Source: Schizochytrium sp. TIO01 | Lineage: Eukaryota; Protista; Bigyra: Labyrinthulomycetes | DNA length: 64,000 bases | Reading direction: 5' to 3' | Assembly: GCA_004764695.1 (NCBI GenBank) | Contig: SMSO01000014.1 | Span: 6,004,029-6,068,028 of the forward strand | Shown: in pieces, positions 57,984 to 64,000 of the stretch | How positions within the stretch are numbered: the first letter of the stretch is position 1 | How the letters are laid out: the number at the start of each line of letters is the position of its first letter | Translations under genes and position numbers: made by a program | The notes under the pieces: model-generated | Databases searched by the model: none | Told to the model about the DNA's origin: nothing | Seen by the model: only the letters and a program-made list of their open reading frames with translations

Positions 57984-59521
57984 TATGATATGTACTCCGT
58001 AAAACAATTCAGTTAATGTGATTAGTTAATGTGATTTTAGTCCTGTAAACACTTTAAAGTCCTAATGGCATATGTGAACTTTTTTGATATTCTATGTGGG
58101 TGATTATTTCCCTAATCTCTTTATGGCGTGTTGTGTACTATCACACTGCTCAATTCCGCAGTCAATTTTGGGCAATAAATGATATTCACCTTTTCAGTAC
58201 CCCTACACGGTGTTCTCCAACGAAAACCACAGGCTGGCTCAGCTCTAACCACAACGCCCAGGTATAATAATAATAGCAATAGCAATAACAATAACAATAA
58301 TAATAAGTGAAAATGAAGGACCTAGTATAGCTAGGTTGTCAGAGCGGGTAGGTTCTGAAACGTCAGAGCGACTAGATACTAGTATATACATGCTTTTCTG
58401 ACAACCATTAAATCCCAAGCGTGGGCTTGGATCACAGGATCTTAATCCAGGTTGTACATTGCATCTCACAGCAAATGTAATGACGCAAACTAATACGCTT
58501 TGCTTGACATGACTTTCAAGACGTGTCCAAGTCAATCGCGTAACTTCCAAGCGTAACTCCGTACGAAGGCATATCAAAACCCGATAATCCGTTTCCATCA
58601 ATCAGTCTTACTGCCTCTTATGAGATTCGTATTACATTACTTTTCTTGTGGTTACCAGTGACCTTGTCTTCATTGCACTATAATGTTATAATTTAGAACA
58701 CCCCCAGATTTCAGGTCCACTAGCAAAACCTGTTCAGGTGCAACACGAACGAGTGAAAATCCAATGAAAATCGTTTAGACCGTGCCGAGGGCCTTCCCGT
58801 TTGTCTAATGACTCCTGCAACAGCGTTCAGGGCTTGATCTGGTTTGGAGTCAGTCTCCGCTTTTAGTAAAAGGAAAAGAAAGAAAATGTAAAAAGGGAAC
58901 AAAAAGAGATCCCATCTTTCGAAGACTAAACAACTCATTAGCTAGACTATAGCACTTTTTCTTCTTTTCTTTTCTTCTGCAAAATTAAAGAAAATAACAA
59001 AATCTATTATTTATTGATTTGGTAGCGAGGAATCGAAACTCTTGGTGAGCAAGCATCGAAGGCCTCTTATTAGCCGGTCATCGGCCTTCTCCGGGGAACG
59101 CATAGTACCGTGTGGCCCAGGACGAGTTCTGGTCAGGCCTCTAAAACACTCGATGAGATGGCCCCAAGGAGAGATACAGTAAGTCCACACGTTACGACGA
59201 GCGAAAGTAAACAGCTGAGGTACGAGTAACAGCGCGGAGGTGGAAAGGAAGAAACGAGAGAGGGGCTATAATTAGGCACACTTCTAATAATACGGAACAC
59301 CGCGCCCAATCTGTTTGTGTCCAGAGCTGCTACACCTGAGGGCTGCGCAGTCGGCGGCTTTGGAGATCGCGAGACACAGCGGCTGCACGAAGAGGGTGTC
59401 GATCCCTCGTGCTGCAAGCTTCTCCCTCCGAGCGTTGAAACCTGCTGCGGTGCGTATGCCTTGGCACAGATCTGGTCATCTCAGGACGATCTAAACAGAA
59501 AACATCAGATAAGAAGTCAAC

Positions 59522-61324
59522 ATGGCATCACCCGCACCGACACCCGTACCTGTAGAGGTTGGCACTACAATGCCTTCTGTGATGCCAACGATGGCTCCCA
59601 CAGCCCCTACATTGACACTGGCAGCAAGGCGAATGGATCATTTCGTGGAGAGTGAATTCGCTATCTTTATTGCCCTGGCTTGTGCCATGCTGGCGATTTG
59701 GATCTCCTTGTACAACATCTTTAAGCACCTTGTGAATTATACGGAGCCCGTACTGCAAAAGAATATCATCCGTATTCTCTTCATGGTTACTTTTTATGCT
59801 CTATTTTCGTTCCTCTCGTTGTGCTTTCCTTCGGCAGAGCTGTATTTGGATTCGATTCGGGATATTTACGAGGCTTTTGTGGTGTACTGTTTCTTAAACC
59901 TCATGCTCATGTATTGTGGTGGCGAGAACTCATGTCTGTCTGTGATTATGCATGACCCTGGTGCAATCTCCCACGTTTGGCCTTTCAGCTATTGTCTTCC
60001 GCATATTGCTATGAACGCTAGGTTCCTTCGGGTCTGCAAGCAGTGGACGCTGCAGTTTGTCATTGTTAAACCTATTATGGCGGTTCTTAACCTCATTCTT
60101 ATTGGAACGGATGGTGTCAACCAGGATGCCTGGTCTATTTTTCAGGCTGTAGTCTACAACGTATCTTACACAGCGGCTCTTTATGCATTGGTGCTCTTTT
60201 ACAAAGCCACGCACAATCATCCAGGCCTGAAGAGTCAGTACCCCGTTCTCAAATTTCTTTCCGTTAAGCTTGTTGTTTTCGCCACCTACTATCAAAGCTT
60301 TCTAGTTAGTGTGATTCCTGACGTCCCGGAGCAGACGCTTGAGTCTTTCAACAGCTTCCTACTCTGTTGTGAAATGGTGTTTTTCGCCTTACTTCATTTC
60401 TGGGCCTTCAACTATCACGAATTTACAAGCTCCGGCGCTTCCAAACGAGCGCACATTGCTTCCCGTCGAGATAGTGCCTTTGATGACATTGGTATTGACT
60501 TGCCCACGCGCATTTCACCTGGTGGAGACGGGGTGTCCCCATCTGGATCAGACGGACCAGGGACTATTTCTGACAAGGATACAGCATTCCAGAACGCTCG
60601 GAATGTCATCAACCTCAAAGACGTGGCTTCTGACACTTACATTAACTTCAGCCATAAATATGGTGACCATGTACTTCTTGACACAACAGGTCGCTCAGCG
60701 GGCACATCCATGCTTGAAGATGACATGTCCCCTGACGCGGACAATAATTCCATGGGTACTGGTGCCAAAGCGACGTCTGCACCTTCATCAACATCATCCC
60801 GTTTTGGCTTGGGTCGCATTGGTACCACAATGCGATCTCTAGCTACAGGAGGTCGTGTTGGTGGAACCGACGATGACGACCTGGAGGCTAATGCGAACCC
60901 TTTTGAGGTGAACTTTGGCCCCAAATCCACAGCGACACCGCCTAAGGCACCTGGCGCCTTTGGCTCATCAGATCACCAGAGTAACTTCCATAACTCTAGC
61001 CATCAAAGCCAGCAACACAGTGACCATGTTGACTTTAGTTTGCCAACATATCCTTCCTCTGACCACGATTCCCCCAGCACTTTGGAAAATCCTTTTGAAC
61101 AAGACCTCCGCAATCCACTGCGCACCTCAGTTCATCAGAACGATAACAACGATGACGACTTTAACGAGTTTGACTCCCAGCATGATGGTGCTGGAGCTCT
61201 AGGGGATAACGACGCAGACTGGACTGCTGACTTCTCTGATCCAACACCGTCTGCAGACAAGAACAAGAAAAAGAAGAAGAAGAAGAAGAAGCAGGCTACT
61301 GGTGATGAGTTACAGCTAGCCTGA
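59522..61324 (+). CDS. TMEM184: TMEM184 / OST-alpha family transporter
   Basis: HLVNYTEPVLQKNIIRILFMV, YLDSIRDIYEAFVVYCFLNL, CKQWTLQFVIVKP, YNVSYTAALYALVLFY, KFLSVKLVVFATYYQ, LLCCEM, HFWAF. Confidence 0.94.
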   Translation: MASPAPTPVPVEVGTTMPSVMPTMAPTAPTLTLAARRMDHFVESEFAIFIALACAMLAIWISLYNIFKHLVNYTEPVLQKNIIRILFMVTFYALFSFLSLCFPSAELYLDSIRDIYEAFVVYCFLNLMLMYCGGENSCLSVIMHDPGAISHVWPFSYCLPHIAMNARFLRVCKQWTLQFVIVKPIMAVLNLILIGTDGVNQDAWSIFQAVVYNVSYTAALYALVLFYKATHNHPGLKSQYPVLKFLSVKLVVFATYYQSFLVSVIPDVPEQTLESFNSFLLCCEMVFFALLHFWAFNYHEFTSSGASKRAHIASRRDSAFDDIGIDLPTRISPGGDGVSPSGSDGPGTISDKDTAFQNARNVINLKDVASDTYINFSHKYGDHVLLDTTGRSAGTSMLEDDMSPDADNNSMGTGAKATSAPSSTSSRFGLGRIGTTMRSLATGGRVGGTDDDDLEANANPFEVNFGPKSTATPPKAPGAFGSSDHQSNFHNSSHQSQQHSDHVDFSLPTYPSSDHDSPSTLENPFEQDLRNPLRTSVHQNDNNDDDFNEFDSQHDGAGALGDNDADWTADFSDPTPSADKNKKKKKKKKKQATGDELQLA

Positions 61325-61359
61325 TAGCTAGCCTAATATATATGGGTTGGTACGTTTAA

Positions 61360-62652
61360 TTACGTCTTCACATTTGTGCGTGTTGCTGACGCAAAGATGC
61401 GTCGCAATTCGTCTACTAGCTCGGGCTCCTCGTGCGTCTCTTTTCTACAATGAGGCGATGGCGAGGTTTGCTCTACGGTCTGTGATATTTTGCTTTGTAC
61501 AACTGCTCTCGTAGGTCGATCTCTGTCAACTTCTACGTAAGATTTATCTGCATCTGCTTGCTCTTTTCTGTTCTGGTTTTTTATACCAACTTGCTGTGCC
61601 TGATCATGACGACCTTGTTGTCCGGTCGAAGGGAATTTAACTTGATAGTGCTTATGATCATCTAATTCTCCATGCTTCCAATACATCCGTGAAGAGATTT
61701 TACCTCCTGCTACGGCTTCGAGTTCCTTCCACTGCGCAGACGCAGTGGTCCTCCAAGGATGAGCACTTCGGGGCCTGCGTCGCGGGGTCTTCTGTCCAAC
61801 ATCTACTCGCATGGCAAATTTCAAATCATTTCTCAGATCATCCATAGTTTTGTCATTTACCTCACTCAACTTCGTATGTAAACGAGAATTAATACTTCTA
61901 CGATGCGCCAAATCAACTGCGGCGTTTGTACCTGTTGATTCATGTAATGCACGCTCTGCTTGCTCCAAAAATTCATCCAATTCATTTCGTTGTTGCTCGT
62001 GTATGTTACTTCCTCGTGTAGATGGTTCTCGAGATCGTCGACGAGTCTCTGAAGATAGATCTGCTTCTCGTTTCAGCGATTTGGGGCGCTCAAAAGATTT
62101 CGAGTACTGATGATGGGGAGTGGAATGAGGGTACCCTGATTTTTTGGCTGTCATATTGTGACGACCGTGGATCGCAGAGCTTGGATGAGGCCTTTTCTGT
62201 TGAGCAGAACTGGTAATATTGTTGCTTCGTACCATTATACGGTTTGAGCAATGTGCGGACTGGGGTCGCCCTTTCGGCTTTTTATTTCTCTGTGGTTGTG
62301 CAAAATGATTTTCTGACGATGAGTTGCTGCTCAAAGATGATAAGTTGCTGGTCTGCCCTGGTGAATATTGACATCGAGCTGTCTCCGGCCGCTTCCTTGA
62401 CATTGACTCAGTTACTTTACGACATGGAGGCCGAGGTTGGTATACCTTTCGGATTTCGTGCTTACTGCTCATGATAGGGCTGAGCTCCTGATTGCCAGTG
62501 CTCGGAGAATTTGACTCACTGGCACTGTTGCAGCTTTTAATAGTATCAGACTCGCAATAGGGTGAGGACGGCTGAGCCCCACATGGCCAAAATGCCCGGC
62601 GGAGATGTGCTAAATCAGCCTCCATGGACGACGGCACACTGTCAAGAGTCAT
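61360..62652 (-). CDS. Hypothetical basic disordered protein with repeated RPx(S/T)A motifs
   Basis: About 430 aa from ATG 62652. Motifs RPETA, RPQSA, RPHPSSA, RPKSL, RPRSA. No family recognised. Confidence 0.7.
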   Translation of the reverse strand: MTLDSVPSSMEADLAHLRRAFWPCGAQPSSPYCESDTIKSCNSASESNSPSTGNQELSPIMSSKHEIRKVYQPRPPCRKVTESMSRKRPETARCQYSPGQTSNLSSLSSNSSSENHFAQPQRNKKPKGRPQSAHCSNRIMVRSNNITSSAQQKRPHPSSAIHGRHNMTAKKSGYPHSTPHHQYSKSFERPKSLKREADLSSETRRRSREPSTRGSNIHEQQRNELDEFLEQAERALHESTGTNAAVDLAHRRSINSRLHTKLSEVNDKTMDDLRNDLKFAMRVDVGQKTPRRRPRSAHPWRTTASAQWKELEAVAGGKISSRMYWKHGELDDHKHYQVKFPSTGQQGRHDQAQQVGIKNQNRKEQADADKSYVEVDRDRPTRAVVQSKISQTVEQTSPSPHCRKETHEEPELVDELRRIFASATRTNVKT

Positions 62653-63699
62653 CTTGGCCGTCGCCCGCTGCAGTACACCTTGCACGCAGCTCTCCTGGCC
62701 TTCAAATATTTATGACTGCTCACTTCCTTAACTTCAGTTTGAGCGACCGCTTCTTTACTAGCCTGTCACGATCAATAAAGGAGAAAAAGTTTCCTTAAGT
62801 CGGTGTGTACCTTATAGAATACTTCTACTGAAATGTGTTTTGCCCTCCTGTTGCCTGCTTTCCATACTTCACATGGGCAATCTAGTAGTTGATCTATTTT
62901 TTCCTTCGAATAAAATTTTGAGTAACATGAAGTATATGTATTTAGATAGGCAAACGACCTGTGTGACTGAAGTCTCAGATGAGTTCATGCAACATTTAAG
63001 TAAGCGCGAGGAGACATGATATGTAAACCAGGAAACAAAGGCAATGGGGAACGGTTGCACATATTTGATTAGGCATATTCGACAAACCACCAATTGGATA
63101 GTAAGAACTCAAGCTTAGTACACCAATCATCCTCACTTGAAGAGGTAGTAAAATTCTCTTGCACTTAAACCTAAAGACAGATTGAAAAGCGAACAATTTG
63201 AATCATATAACGGATCTCCGTAGTGAAGTACACACCTCATCTTTATTTGTTAGTCAAAGGTGACTGCACTAGTGATCATTAGAAATTCCCAATTACATTG
63301 TATACTATTTAGGATAATCAAGCTTTAAGTAGATATGTGTGGGAGGATGCGAGAGTGAGTATCAAGTGAGTGATAGTTCAATTGTGAGGGCAGCTGGTAG
63401 GGCAATAAAGTGATGGCATTTCTATAGTATATTTTCCCTGTGGCTAGGTAACTCGGCTATAAAATGAGCGGCAACGAAATACTCTATCAGAAGCAACTGG
63501 AAGTAGATAACAAGAGGTTCTGAGGGATACCATGATCTGTATTGTATTCGTCGCCCTATGGAATTGCATCAATACTTAATATACGTGAAGAAATAGCAGT
63601 TACAATGAGGTTTTTCCTTTTTGGAATAACTTGTGCAACTTCAAAACAAGCAATAAAGTAATCACGGCACATGACCTTAATTAAACAACAAACGAAGAA

Positions 63700-64000
63700 T
63701 TATGAAGAGGAGCCACTACTAGAGATAAAACCTTGCTGCAACAAGAGTTCACGGGCAACATTATTGATAACTTTGAAGCGCGAAGGACCCATCTGAATAC
63801 CACCGTACCAGCGACTAACAACTACCACGACATTCCGTGCATCTACAATATCGAGAAGTCCAGCAAGCTTTGAGCCAGCTGCGTTTTCACCATCGTCATC
63901 GTTATCACAAATGAAGCTGCCTGGTTTGTCCTGGCGCTCAATACGGTACGCCATCATGTTATGTGTGGCACGAAGAATTTTGCGATCCTGCTTGAGCGCG
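63700..64000 (-). CDS. IMPACT: IMPACT / YigZ (UPF0029) domain protein, 5' partial
   Basis: Frame open to the right edge: ...KILRATHNMMAYRI...DNDDDGENAAGSKL...NVVVVVSRWYGGIQMGPSRFKVINNVARELL. Confidence 0.93.
   Translation of the reverse strand, partial: ALKQDRKILRATHNMMAYRIERQDKPGSFICDNDDDGENAAGSKLAGLLDIVDARNVVVVVSRWYGGIQMGPSRFKVINNVARELLLQQGFISSSGSSS

Overview
Eukaryotic, intron-poor, gene-dense window with AT-rich spacers and frequent tetranucleotide microsatellites. The style suggests a thraustochytrid or other stramenopile protist (inference only). I can support 18 protein-coding genes: a myristoylated ankyrin protein missed by the ORF track (runs off the left edge), an HPP-family membrane protein, a coiled-coil hypothetical, an AWS-SET-postSET histone methyltransferase with a KDQES repeat, a small stand-alone HEPN (DUF4145-like) protein ending in a CaaX box, NAD kinase, an HSD17B10-type SDR, a signal-anchored degenerate TTL-like protein, glutaredoxin-DUF547, QPRT/NadC, a CNBD-containing K+ channel, an IMP1/IMP2-like protein, an MmpL-type RND transporter, an RNF121/175-like RING protein, a TPR-GT41 multidomain glycosyltransferase, a NIPA-type transporter, a TMEM184/OSTalpha protein and an RPxSA-repeat hypothetical. 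A partial IMPACT gene at the right edge is additional. Five genes are split by single-base frameshifts at short homopolymers, most likely assembly errors. I recognised no rRNA, tRNA, CRISPR array or intact transposon. The best leads are the lipid-anchored HEPN RNase candidate, a violaxanthin-de-epoxidase-type Cys-rich module inside the MmpL transporter, and two normally cytosolic enzyme folds (GT41, TTL) carrying N-terminal signal or anchor segments. All family assignments come from motif recognition, not database searches.
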